DNA of 64,000 nucleotides. It comes from Tolypothrix carrinoi HA7290-LM1 (GTDB lineage: Bacteria > Cyanobacteriota > Cyanobacteriia > Cyanobacteriales > Nostocaceae). A model generated the notes under the pieces. The model saw only the letters and a list, made by a program, of their open reading frames with translations, was not told the DNA's origin and ran no database searches. The stretch covers positions 1-64,000 of the forward strand of contig JAHHIK010000004.1 in NCBI GenBank assembly GCA_019358935.1. The letters are read 5' to 3'. The position numbers and the translations under genes are program-made. This document shows, piece by piece, positions 1 through 9,737 of the stretch (its first letter is position 1; every line of letters starts with the position of its first letter).

Positions 1-384
1 AATACTGGTAACAACGGCATCGGCACGTTGGCGCTACGCACCAACGCCACTTTGTTGTACGCGATCGCATGAATTGAGTGATCACAAGCCGTATCAATCG
101 ATAACCCGCAACTTGGGTTATTAGAAGTGTTGAGCTAGGAAAACCGCTGCTCAAACTTTTCTATCTACAGCTATTTTTACCTTTATAGGGGTAAAGGGGA
201 AAGGAAAAAAGAAACTCATGAAGAGATATTGGGGTTTAAAGCCCCCGCTTATAAGCGCGGTTTTAACCAGTGCGATCTTCACAATCCCCGTTCAATTTCT
301 TCTCCCTTGTCTGGGTACCACGAGTTATTCACTAACCATTTACCAGTAAAAACTAATAATCAACAACCAATGACCTTTTAAGCT

Positions 385-1266
385 CTAAGCCGCATCTGTC
401 TGTTGGTCGGTCGGTTGTAGCACAAAGTCGAACTCGGCTGTATAGAAAGGTTTGCTTTGATTGTATGCGTTGAGTTTGTCGAGTGTCTCATGTTTTTGCA
501 GCTTAATGATGGCAGATCTGACCGCGAACGTTGTATCTGAATCGAGGTGCGGATCTCCATCAATATGAATTTGTGTAGTCAGGGGTATATAGCCAGCAGC
601 ACTCAACTTAAAATGGATATGGGCTGCTCGCTGGGTATGTCGTCCCAAAAGCAGCAACATTTCACCGCACGGTCCGCTTGATGGGATAGTGTACCCTATT
701 GGCACAACCGTTTCAAATGCGTAGGAGCCGTCCGAATTGGTTCTGAAACGACCTCGGAAGTTACCCTTTGCCTGGGATGCATCATGAACGTCATAGAGTC
801 CCTTTGAATTTGACTGCCAGACATCAAGAAGCGCATTGGCAATTGGTTTGTTGTTCAGGTCTAAGACGCGTCCTGATAGGAAGAGCGTATTGCCGTCGCG
901 ATCGATTCCGAGGCGATCGCCCATGTTGCGCTCTGGCGCATCCGCTACATAGACAGGACCCTCTAGATTACTTTCAGTAGCTGTGCTACTCTTGTTATGC
1001 AATAGAACCACTAGCTCTGAGATTCCCAGCAAGTCGAGCAGCATATGAATTTCCCCATTCGGTATCTCTTCTGTGTAGCGATCTGCCCGAATGAGAAAAT
1101 CGCGCAAGAACGATAACTCCTGTTCCGTCAGATTTACCTCCTGCACGAAAGCGTGCAGATGTCGAATAAGGCTGGTATAAATCTCATAAAAACGTGCATG
1201 AGTCTTGCCTTTATCACCGTGCTCAATCACGGCTTGAGTGATATTTTCCAGAGTAATGTTTCTCAT
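385..1266 (-). CDS. Intradiol ring-cleavage dioxygenase (catechol/hydroxyquinol 1,2-dioxygenase family)
   Basis: EGPVY motif, DVWQSNSKGLYD, GYTIP and RAAHIHF provide the 2-Tyr/2-His Fe(III) ligand set; N-terminal helical dimerisation region. Confidence 0.88.
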   Translation of the reverse strand: MRNITLENITQAVIEHGDKGKTHARFYEIYTSLIRHLHAFVQEVNLTEQELSFLRDFLIRADRYTEEIPNGEIHMLLDLLGISELVVLLHNKSSTATESNLEGPVYVADAPERNMGDRLGIDRDGNTLFLSGRVLDLNNKPIANALLDVWQSNSKGLYDVHDASQAKGNFRGRFRTNSDGSYAFETVVPIGYTIPSSGPCGEMLLLLGRHTQRAAHIHFKLSAAGYIPLTTQIHIDGDPHLDSDTTFAVRSAIIKLQKHETLDKLNAYNQSKPFYTAEFDFVLQPTDQQTDAA

Positions 1267-1530
1267 TTTTATCTGAAGAGTGAAACTTATCCATAGTTGA
1301 CTACTTTAGTTAGAGTCTAATTTTCTAAGTACTTCTAGCTTGAATCAACTCATTTTACAGACTAGTTTGGTGTTTACTTCCTACTGCTGTATTTGAATGA
1401 TAAGTCTTTTAGGTGCAAGATATGAGCGCCCCTACATCCCCCCCAACGGGAGAGCTCCTTGCCGGCACGTTCAAAGCAGCGTCTTTGCAAGGAGAGGGAA
1501 ACCCTCCCTTTCTCGCTGGACTCACCATCT

Positions 1531-1587
1531 CCCCACCCCCTTGTCTCCCTTGTCTCCCTTGTCCCCCCATCCCCCCCGTCTCCCCCT
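1531..1587. repeat. STRR-like CCCCTTGTCT-type short tandem repeat tract
   Basis: CCCCTTGTCTCCCCTTGTCTCCCTTGTCCCCC directly visible; the same family occurs at about 41198-41312 and 46507-46678. Confidence 0.8.
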
Positions 1588-1627
1588 GTAGGCTAGGATT
1601 TTAGTATTGCCAGAACTTTGATAACCT

Positions 1628-2023
1628 ATGAATGGATTAAACCGATTAGCTGAAGAATCCTTGTCCATAACACCAGCAGAACATTCCCAAAACGATATAG
1701 ACCACAGCCACACAGATCGTACTCATGGGCATGGACAGTCGGCTCATCCACACGTCCATAGCGAAGAGTCATTGCGACGAATTGTTAATCGGCTGTCGCG
1801 TATAGAAGGACACGTTCGCGGCATCAAAACAATGGTGCAACAAAATAGTCCTTGTCCTGATGTTTTATTGCAAATCGCCGCCGTTAGAGGTGCAATAGAT
1901 AAAGTAGCGCGAATTGTTCTCGATGAACATTTAAATGAGTGTATTGGTAGAGCCTGCAAAGAAGGCAATATTGAAGTTGAAATTCAACAACTCAAAGCTG
2001 CTTTGGATCGGTTTTTACCTTAG
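1628..2023 (+). CDS. CsoR/RcnR-family metal-sensing repressor (InrS-like)
   Basis: His-rich N-terminus, RLSRIEGHVRGI, C.DVLLQIAAVRGA, LDEHL.EC. Confidence 0.88.
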   Translation: MNGLNRLAEESLSITPAEHSQNDIDHSHTDRTHGHGQSAHPHVHSEESLRRIVNRLSRIEGHVRGIKTMVQQNSPCPDVLLQIAAVRGAIDKVARIVLDEHLNECIGRACKEGNIEVEIQQLKAALDRFLP

Positions 2024-2174
2024 AAAATAAACAAGAATAAAAAGTAGGGTGTGTTATTCACCGAACAGCAACGCACCTTGAATTCTTGACGGTGCGCTGC
2101 GCGACAAGACACCCTACAAAATTTCTTGGTGCGTGAAAGTTTAAGTGCTGTACTATCGGCGCTACATATATAAG

Positions 2175-2993
2175 ATGTCCCTGGAAAATTACCAATTTCA
2201 CTATTCTTTCACGGGCAATTACCAGAAAACGCCAATTCTTTTTTTACATGGATTCATGGGTAATTGTCATGAATTTGATAAAACAATAAAATTACTATCT
2301 GATGATTTTTATTGTTTGACAATTGACCTTCCCGGACATGGAAAAACTCAAGTTTTTGGTGGCGATGATTGTTATACAATGGCAAAGACGGCACAAGCAT
2401 TAATCAACTTACTAGATAAGCTCAAAATTTATCAATGCTTTTTAGTTGGTTATTCAATGGGTGGAAGATTGGCTTTATACCTAAATTTGCATTTTCCTCA
2501 ACGTTTTCCTCAAGTTATCTTAGAATCAGCTTCTCCTGGTTTAATAACAGAAGTTGAACGATTAGAACGAGTTAAATCTGATGAGCAAATAGCGAGAAAA
2601 TTAACAAGATGTGTTGAAGAAAGTGATTTTAGAGCTTTTCTATTAAATTGGTACAATCAGCCGATTTTTGGTTATATAAAAAATCATCCGGAGTTTGAGG
2701 GGATGATAGAAAGTCGGTTGCAGAATAATCCTTTAGAATTGGCTAAATCATTGCGCTTTATGGGTACTGGATGTCAACCTTGTTTGTGGGAAAAACTCGA
2801 AGAGAATACAAACCCGTTGCTGTTATTAGCTGGCGAATATGATGAAAAATTTCTAGTTGTTAATAGAAAAATGATTAATATATGTGAAGCCCAACTAAAA
2901 GTAATTAGTAATTCTGGGCATAATATACATTTTGAAAATACTTTTGCTTTTGTGCAAAATATCAGGAAGTTTTTAAATTTGAATAAGCGTTGA
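2175..2993 (+). CDS. menH: SHCHC synthase (alpha/beta hydrolase)
   Basis: FLHGFMG, DLPGHG, GYSMGGR, ESASPG, GEYDEKF, GHNIH; ATG at 2175 preferred over GTG at 2145. Confidence 0.85.
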   Translation: MSLENYQFHYSFTGNYQKTPILFLHGFMGNCHEFDKTIKLLSDDFYCLTIDLPGHGKTQVFGGDDCYTMAKTAQALINLLDKLKIYQCFLVGYSMGGRLALYLNLHFPQRFPQVILESASPGLITEVERLERVKSDEQIARKLTRCVEESDFRAFLLNWYNQPIFGYIKNHPEFEGMIESRLQNNPLELAKSLRFMGTGCQPCLWEKLEENTNPLLLLAGEYDEKFLVVNRKMINICEAQLKVISNSGHNIHFENTFAFVQNIRKFLNLNKR

Positions 2994-3008
2994 AACGCTT
3001 ACTACGAA

Positions 3009-3668
3009 TCAATTTTTCGTTGCGTTTAGTTCTTCTTGCAAGTTTTTCTGATAAATAGTAGGTAGATATCGACTTACGGAATTAGTTTCTATGCCATATC
3101 CGAGACTTGTCCAAGTGGGGGAAAGTCGGCGCAAAACTTCGTTTAACTTTCCTTGATGCAGCTTTTGAGAAATGTCAGTTCCCCAAACTTTGCGATCGCT
3201 TAACCAACTGTAAACTACTGCGTCTTGATATTCGGGTGCAAAACTATAATTTGCCCAAAACATAAACCGCGTCGGGTTGGGATGATAGCGAGGAGCAATT
3301 CTATACCAAGTAGTGTTGATAATTTGATATCTCCCAGCAGCGGTAGAACAATTGCCTTTGTTGGGACCAGTAACAATGACGATGCATATCTGAGGATGAT
3401 GGCTCAAATCGTTGACTTGCTGTCCACCATATAACAGAGAATAAGGGCGATCGCTATTTGCTTCACTCGCTGATATAGTTCGCATTAAAGCACGAATGTA
3501 AGGATCGCCACCCTTCATCACCAAAGGTGGATTTTTTTGACCAAAAACCGGATCGTTATGCGATCGCAAATCCCCAAATACATACCACTGCAACAAATAT
3601 ACAAAGCCGAGAAGTGCGGCTATCGGTCCAATCAGTTTTTCAACACCTTTCGATTCAACGCTTTTCAG
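3009..3668 (-). CDS. Lambda-lysozyme-like muramidase/lytic transglycosylase with N-terminal membrane anchor
   Basis: RALMRTISASE, STAAGRYQ, F.PEYQD and WTSL motifs; the frame is open to an in-frame CTG at 3668 preceded by AAGGAG (ORF track start is 3596). Confidence 0.8.
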   Translation of the reverse strand: MKSVESKGVEKLIGPIAALLGFVYLLQWYVFGDLRSHNDPVFGQKNPPLVMKGGDPYIRALMRTISASEANSDRPYSLLYGGQQVNDLSHHPQICIVIVTGPNKGNCSTAAGRYQIINTTWYRIAPRYHPNPTRFMFWANYSFAPEYQDAVVYSWLSDRKVWGTDISQKLHQGKLNEVLRRLSPTWTSLGYGIETNSVSRYLPTIYQKNLQEELNATKN

Positions 3669-3749
3669 ACTCGGACTCCTTACAATTTACGTATATTCAA
3701 CAATAATCGACGCATCCCCAAACGTACTCACAGTGAGGAGTGAAACTTA

Positions 3750-3835
3750 GTACAGACGTGACGGCAAAGTACAGACGTGACGGCAAAGTACAGACGTGAC
3801 GGCAAAGTACAGACGTTCCAGTGGAACGTCTCTAC
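3750..3835. repeat. Three 19-bp tandem units (GTACAGACGTGACGGCAAA) fused to a REP-like palindrome
   Basis: Units at 3750, 3769 and 3788, then GTACAGACGTTCCAGTGGAACGTCTCTAC. Confidence 0.9.
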
Positions 3836-3849
3836 AACTCCTAACTCTA

Positions 3850-4509
3850 TCAAGCTACGTTAGCAAATAATTCCCCAAAGCTTTTCGAGGTAGCCTCTTC
3901 TTTAGCAACAATCTCGACAATTTTGTTGCGTGCGGCACCTTCAAACAGCGACTCGACGCAAACTTGGGCGACTTTCTGCCGGGGAATGCTGCCATCGAAC
4001 AGTGTATCAGCACTTTGCATCACGATTGGATTGGAATTATCTTCATTTTTTAACCCGCCAGGACGGACTATTGTATAAGTTAAACCGCTTTTTTGGATAT
4101 ATTCCTCAGCTTGCTTTTTCCAAACTAAAATCAGCCAGAACAAGTTTAAAGGATGAAATAACTTGGAAGTACACAACGAAGAAACGAAAACAAAATGCTC
4201 TATTCCCTTGGCTTTGGCAGCATCCACTAAATTTTTAGTGCCTTCAAAATCGACTTTATAAGGTCCTGTGGGGTCAAAACTAGGTTTGGCTCCGGTGGCA
4301 CAAAGCACTACTGTGCTATCTCCTAAAGCAGTCGTCAGGCTTTCTGGGGTTAACACATCCCCAACTACCAACTCAACATTGGGAGGCAAAATCCCCTTCG
4401 CTTTTTCTGCGTCGCGCACCAAAGCACGGACGGGAATATTTTTCGCAATCAGTTCTTGCACTATCCTGCGACCTGTTTCACCTGTTGCCCCTGCTACAAA
4501 TGCTTTCAT
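3850..4509 (-). CDS. NAD(P)-binding atypical SDR (NmrA/Tic62-like)
   Basis: VAGATGETG Rossmann motif, YTIVRPGGL. Confidence 0.88.
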   Translation of the reverse strand: MKAFVAGATGETGRRIVQELIAKNIPVRALVRDAEKAKGILPPNVELVVGDVLTPESLTTALGDSTVVLCATGAKPSFDPTGPYKVDFEGTKNLVDAAKAKGIEHFVFVSSLCTSKLFHPLNLFWLILVWKKQAEEYIQKSGLTYTIVRPGGLKNEDNSNPIVMQSADTLFDGSIPRQKVAQVCVESLFEGAARNKIVEIVAKEEATSKSFGELFANVA

Positions 4510-4688
4510 AATAAACGCTATCCTGGGAAACTAATATTTGATTTCTTTGTTCCCTATTTTAGTGATTCTATGAAGTTGCTGGCAGATTTTTGAGGTTTCC
4601 GTCAAAATGTACTCTAGTGTGCGAATCGTCTGACCCGATATGGGAATTATTAATACAGGTAAACGCAAGATTATACAGGAATCTTTAT

Positions 4689-5363
4689 ATGCTTTCACAA
4701 AATCGTGAATATCAATCCTTTGAAATAAGCGAAGCAGTTGTACCTGTCCCATCAGTAGCGCATACTGAAGACGCGCTACAAGCAATTGGAGGAACACCTA
4801 CAAAGTTTTATGGTCGTTATCACGACTCTATGGAAATGTATGCCCAAGCTTGCTTGGTTGGTGAATATCTCAATGCTCATTCTTCATGGTTTTCGCGCTG
4901 CGCTGAACCGATGAAGGTGCAACCGCTGGGGGAAAATGGTTATGCTTTAGGAATCGGTCGTTTTGGCTCTTTTGGTTATGAGGTGGAGCCAAAAATTGGT
5001 TTGGAATTGTTACCTCCAGAGGATGGTATTTACCGCATCCACACTATACCCATCCCCGGCTACTATCCGCCCGGTTATGACGTAGACTATAACGCATCGC
5101 TACGCATGATAGAAGATGTTGCAAACGATGCACCCACAGGTATTAACCAGATAACACGAGTTGAATGGGAATTGGATTTAGTTGTTGATATTCACTTTCC
5201 CAAGTTTATTCAGCGTTTGCCTAAGTCTTTGGTGCAATCTACAGGCGATCGCTTACTTAACCAAATCGTCCGTCAAGTCTCAAAGCGCCTTACTCGCAAA
5301 GTTCAGCAAGATTTTCATCAATCTATAGGAATAGATTTTCCTGTCAATCAGAAAAAGTGGTGA
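4689..5363 (+). CDS. DUF1997-family protein
   Basis: Resembles the cyanobacterial DUF1997 family (WFSRCAEPM, LPKSLVQSTGDRLL); ATG at 4689 is the likely start. Confidence 0.7.
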   Translation: MLSQNREYQSFEISEAVVPVPSVAHTEDALQAIGGTPTKFYGRYHDSMEMYAQACLVGEYLNAHSSWFSRCAEPMKVQPLGENGYALGIGRFGSFGYEVEPKIGLELLPPEDGIYRIHTIPIPGYYPPGYDVDYNASLRMIEDVANDAPTGINQITRVEWELDLVVDIHFPKFIQRLPKSLVQSTGDRLLNQIVRQVSKRLTRKVQQDFHQSIGIDFPVNQKKW

Positions 5364-5371
5364 GTGGATAG

Positions 5372-5441
5372 TGGGGCATGGGGCATGGGGCATGGGGCAT
5401 GGGGCATGGGGCATGGGGTATGGGGCATGGGGCATGGGGCA
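5372..5441. repeat. STRR heptamer tract (GGGGCAT)n
   Basis: About 10 tandem heptamers directly visible; opposite-sense CCCATTG units near 5593-5625. Confidence 0.92.
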
Positions 5442-5480
5442 TTGGTAATAATTCTTTCCCCTTTTCCCTTTCCCCTTTAA

Positions 5481-5570
5481 CGCCACATGCTTCAAGTCGG
5501 CACAGCCGGACGCGGCTGTGCCTCAAGTCGGGAAACCCGCCCACGGCACTGGCTCCCCAACGCAGTGGCT
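5481..5570. repeat. Nested small dispersed repeat (ACGCCA...CAAGTCGGGAAACCCG...CTGGCT family)
   Basis: Related copies at about 38206-38250 and 47650-47703. Confidence 0.7.
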
Positions 5571-5634
5571 CCCCTTTTCCCCTCTTCAAAAAGCCCATTG
5601 CCCATTGCGATAGGGCCCATTGCCCAACCACTAA

Positions 5635-6102
5635 CTAACTATGTTGAGTAAGAAGTCTTTGAACAATTTGCACGCCAGTAATAGCCTGCCAAGTAAAAAG
5701 TCCCAAAAGTGCGAAATTTAACAAAATGTGAGTCATCCGCGCCCAATTTGCGCCTTTTTGCATATAAGGAGATAGGGACGCAGAAAATGCTATTATACTC
5801 GTCATCCCAAGCCCTGCTAGCAGGTGAGGTCCAAAAAATAACTTACCATTATTGATGTAAGTGACAGCCATACCACCGATGGAACCTGCCACCATCAAAC
5901 CTAGGAGTATTGACCCGATTTGATAGTGTTTGACGTTATATTTACCTTTAATCAGTTCTTTCTTCTCTTCACCTTGAGCATTTCTGGTACGCTGTACTTG
6001 CAAGCCTAGGTAGGCAGCGTAAAGCGAGAATAGCAATAGCGCCCACATTAACACCGGATGAAAGAAGTTCAGCCAATATTTCACGGATGGAGAAAGTTCC
6101 AT
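5635..6102 (-). CDS. DUF4079-family membrane protein
   Basis: FFHPVLMW, HYQIG, GPHLLAGL and ARMTH, a cytochrome b561-like His pattern with four TM segments. Confidence 0.75.
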   Translation of the reverse strand: MELSPSVKYWLNFFHPVLMWALLLFSLYAAYLGLQVQRTRNAQGEEKKELIKGKYNVKHYQIGSILLGLMVAGSIGGMAVTYINNGKLFFGPHLLAGLGMTSIIAFSASLSPYMQKGANWARMTHILLNFALLGLFTWQAITGVQIVQRLLTQHS

Positions 6103-6252
6103 ATTGATACGTGTTCCCGTCTAGTTATTAAATCTTTATAAAAGTTAGCATAATCGCTTGAGAAAAGATTGCAAAGCTATTTCTTATAGAAGAGGAGCGA
6201 AAGTTTCAATACAGATACTATGAGACTTTCGGGCTGTTGAAAGAAAGTAAGA

Positions 6253-7011
6253 ATGTTTCCGGTCTGGTTACAAGCGGGGTTTTGGGGTTTATTTAGTGGT
6301 TCAGCGTTGCTAGTTGGGGCTGCAATTGGCTATTTTTCGCGGGTTCCGCAACGGATAATCGCCGCAATTATGGCTTTTGGGGCTGGGGTGTTAATTTCGG
6401 CGCTGTCGTTTGAGTTGATGGATAAAGCTTATAAAGAAGGCGGTTTCGACTCGACGGCAATTGGCTTTGTTGCAGGTGCGATCGTGTATACTGCTGCTAA
6501 CTGGTATTTAGCAACTCAGGGAGGCAAGCATCGCAAGCGATCTGGCAAGCATCAACCATCGTCAGACGAAGATAGTGGTAGTGGTTTGGCGATCGCGATC
6601 GGCGCACTTTTAGATGGTATCCCCGAATCGATTGTCATCGGCGTTAGTATGATTGGTGGCGGATCTGTCAGCGCTGTCGCTGTCGCAGCAGTTTTCCTCT
6701 CTAATATTCCCGAAGGGCTATCTAGCGCTGCTGGAATGAAAAATGCAGGTAGATCGTTGCGCTATGTTTTCGGTGTTTGGGCTACTATTGCTGTTCTTTG
6801 CGGTGTGGCAGCACTTTTAGGTTATACCGTTTTCAGTCATTTATCAGCGGAAATCATCGCTGCGACAACTGCCATAGCCGCAGGTGCGATTTTAGCGATG
6901 ATTGTTGATACGATGATTCCAGAGGCATTTGAAAAAGCGCATAATTTCGCGGGATTGATTACTGTTGTCGGCTTTTTGGCTGCGTTTATTCTCAGCAAGC
7001 TGGGTGGATAA
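6253..7011 (+). CDS. ZIP-family metal transporter
   Basis: LLDGIPES, LSNIPEGL, DTMIPEAF; multiple TM helices. Confidence 0.88.
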   Translation: MFPVWLQAGFWGLFSGSALLVGAAIGYFSRVPQRIIAAIMAFGAGVLISALSFELMDKAYKEGGFDSTAIGFVAGAIVYTAANWYLATQGGKHRKRSGKHQPSSDEDSGSGLAIAIGALLDGIPESIVIGVSMIGGGSVSAVAVAAVFLSNIPEGLSSAAGMKNAGRSLRYVFGVWATIAVLCGVAALLGYTVFSHLSAEIIAATTAIAAGAILAMIVDTMIPEAFEKAHNFAGLITVVGFLAAFILSKLGG

Positions 7012-7299
7012 GTTACAGCAATTTTCAGGTAAATGAACCATGTTATTTTTATCTCACGCCAAGGAGCAGCGGAAAGTCTGAGCGGAGGTTTCCTCCGATC
7101 AGAGCTTTCCAAAAGAAAGGCCCAAAGGAAGAAATAAAGATATAAGCTAAACATTTTTGAGAAATCGCAGATAAACACAGATAAACACAGATAATGTCTA
7201 TTTGTGTATTCTGCCTTTTGCTTAGGGGGTGGGGTGCATCTGTAGTTATTTCCGATTCTCTTGTAGTGTGGAAGTAACCCAGTCATTTGTACTCGTTAA

Positions 7300-7328
7300 G
7301 CGATACCTACGGTAAGCTACGCTAACGC
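7300..7328. repeat. 21-nt SDR5-like insertion splitting a HIP1 site
   Basis: GCGAT + ACCTACGGTAAGCTACGCTAA + CGC. Confidence 0.75.
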
Positions 7329-7345
7329 ACTTCGGAGAATTATCA

Positions 7346-8626
7346 ATGGTTTCTACTCAAGATATTCCGTTAATACGCGCTACTACTCGTGGGGATCTAA
7401 AGCTTGTGCAAGCGCTACTAACTCATGGTACGCTTGCTGATACGTGCGATCGCACTGGAACTACGCCGTTAATGTTTGCTGCTTCTTTAGGCTATACCGA
7501 AATTGTGCGATCGCTTCTCAATGCGGGCGCAAATATCAATTTACCGAGAAAACGTTATAAGTTGACAGCTTTAATGTTGGCTGCTAGCGCCAATCAAGTT
7601 GATATTGTGCAGCTTTTAATATCGAGAGGTGCTGATGTCAATGCAAAGAATGAAGATGGCAGTACAGCTTTAATGGCAGCAGCTTTAAAAGGTTATGTCG
7701 ATGTGGTGAAAGTCTTGCTTGCCGCAAATGCAAATGTGAATGTCGCAGATAAAGATGATGACACTGCTTTGAAAGTGGCAGTTAAGCACGGACATTCCGA
7801 GATTGTAAAAATACTACTACAAACAGGCGCAGATGTCAATAGCCAAGATGAAGATGGTGAGACTTTGTTGATGGTAGCGGCAGACTTGGGACACTTAAAA
7901 GTTGTACAAGCATTGCTGGCAGGAGGGGCTGATGTCAAGTTGAGAAATCAAGATGGGGGAACTGCACTATCAGCAGCTGCGGCAGCGGGACATGATGCGA
8001 TCGCTTCAATTTTATTAGACAAAGGCGCGGATGTGGATAGCCAAGATGAAGATGGTGAAACTGCTTTACACCTTGCGGCTGTTGAAGGCTACGCTGATGT
8101 GGTAGAAGTCTTACTCAGCCGAGGTGCGGGTGTGCAAATAAAAAACCATCTGGGTGATACACCACTGCTTGTAGCGGCGTTGCAGGGACATAGTAAAATT
8201 GTAGAGGCGCTGTTGCAACGAGGTGCGGATATAAATGGAAAGTCGAGCGAAACGCCTTTGTTGCTTTCCATATCGCAAGGACACGCTGAGACGGCGAAAG
8301 TATTGTTAGATTACGGTGCTGATGTTAATACTCAAGCAGATGATGGCAAAACGGTTTTGATTAAAGCAGCAGAACGCAATCAAATAAGCATAATGCAGCA
8401 ATTGCTAGATAAAGGTGCAAATGTCAATTATATAGATTCAGCCGGGGCAACAGTTTTAATGTGGGCAGCATCGCGAGGTTATAACGAAGCTGTGCAAATG
8501 TTAATTAAAGCTGGTGCGGATGTGAATTTGAAAAATAAAGGTGGTTATACAGCTTTAGCGATCGCCGAGTTTAATGGTTATCAAGATGTCGTGCAAAGTT
8601 TGCGGGCAGCCGGCGCACAGGAGTGA
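7346..8626 (+). CDS. Ankyrin repeat protein
   Basis: About 12 G.TAL..AA..G...IV..LL..GADVN repeats. Confidence 0.95.
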   Translation: MVSTQDIPLIRATTRGDLKLVQALLTHGTLADTCDRTGTTPLMFAASLGYTEIVRSLLNAGANINLPRKRYKLTALMLAASANQVDIVQLLISRGADVNAKNEDGSTALMAAALKGYVDVVKVLLAANANVNVADKDDDTALKVAVKHGHSEIVKILLQTGADVNSQDEDGETLLMVAADLGHLKVVQALLAGGADVKLRNQDGGTALSAAAAAGHDAIASILLDKGADVDSQDEDGETALHLAAVEGYADVVEVLLSRGAGVQIKNHLGDTPLLVAALQGHSKIVEALLQRGADINGKSSETPLLLSISQGHAETAKVLLDYGADVNTQADDGKTVLIKAAERNQISIMQQLLDKGANVNYIDSAGATVLMWAASRGYNEAVQMLIKAGADVNLKNKGGYTALAIAEFNGYQDVVQSLRAAGAQE

Positions 8627-9019
8627 ACACAAATCACATATATTATTTATTATTGTAGAGACGTTCCAGCGGAACGTCTCTACGCCGGAACGTCTCTACG
8701 ACGGTTAATATTAAGAGAATTTGGCTAATCATTAAATAACAAAACTCCGTTGCAACTGTAAAGAGTTGTTGCAACAGAGTAGTAAAATTAGTGAAACACC
8801 AAGATATTACAAGCAAAAAGCCTGCTCCATGAAAATGCTTGCTTTCGCAAAAATGAAGAAGGAAATTTACCCCTTACCTTTTACCTTGTTTCCCCCTCGG
8901 CGTTCCTACTGTGCTTAATAGCAATATATAGATTATTGTTTGATGGAACAGTATTACAACGATCAGTTTTGATGTATCAATACGATACTAAATAAAACGA
9001 ATCATTTAATGGCGGTTGT

Positions 9020-9577
9020 TTGCGACGATTTAAGATTATTTTGGGCGTTGGCGCAGCCCGCCGTAGGCATCGCTATTTTTTTCTCTATATTGCTATTATA
9101 ACTAAAAATATAAATTCTGTGGCTAATGTTACAACAGTACAAGCAATAAAACTTTTGTGGGTGGGAATTGGTTGTAAGAAGGGAACTTCGCGAGAATTAA
9201 TTGCAATAGCTATTGAAGAAACTTTTAAAAAAAATCAATTGAATCTAAGTGCGATCGCCGGGATTGCGACTATCGACATTAAAGCATATGAAGTCGGTTT
9301 GTTAGAACTTTGTCATCAACGCAATTTGCCTTTGAAAACCTTTCCCGCAGATGTTCTCAGTTCTGTTGATGTCCCCAACTCTTCCCCAGTTGTTGCGCTG
9401 AAGACGGGAACTTCTAGCGTAGCTGAAGCCGCAGCCTTACTAGCAGCTAAGTGTCAAACTCTGCTGATTCCGAAACAAATATTTAAATCAAGCTTTAATC
9501 ATGAAAATCTCTCCCGCTCTACTTTACAAGGAGCGGTAACAATAGCCGTTGCCCAAGCCCAAAAAGAATACATTTGA
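9020..9577 (+). CDS. Cobalamin biosynthesis protein, CbiG C-terminal/CobE-like domain (true start probably downstream, near 9119)
   Basis: LWVGIGCKKG, IATIDIK, SVAEAAAL, GAVTIAVA. Confidence 0.8.
   Translation: MRRFKIILGVGAARRRHRYFFLYIAIITKNINSVANVTTVQAIKLLWVGIGCKKGTSRELIAIAIEETFKKNQLNLSAIAGIATIDIKAYEVGLLELCHQRNLPLKTFPADVLSSVDVPNSSPVVALKTGTSSVAEAAALLAAKCQTLLIPKQIFKSSFNHENLSRSTLQGAVTIAVAQAQKEYI
9045..9073. repeat. 21-nt SDR5-like insertion splitting a HIP1 site
   Basis: GCG + TTGGCGCAGCCCGCCGTAGGC + ATCGC. Confidence 0.78.
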
Positions 9578-9737
9578 TATCATGTCTGGCATTGGGACAC
9601 ATATTCTTTGTAGAGACGTTCCAATGGAACGTCTCTACGACGATTACGGACATGATATGATTTCTAAAAAAACAGTAATATTATAAAGCTGGTTGGGTTT
9701 TGGTTAAAAAAGATAAACTATCTTTTTTTACCTTTAT

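Noticed and set aside
1..138. Partial CDS at the left edge (minus-strand MRSRTTKWRWCVAPTCRCRCYQY...)
   Set aside because: Too short to determine frame or identity from this window
3750..3835. Possible CRISPR array
   Set aside because: Units are contiguous and identical with no spacers; no cas genes in the window
5280..5638. ORFs with MPHAPCP / MGHGAWG repeats
   Set aside because: Translations of STRR heptamer tracts, not genes
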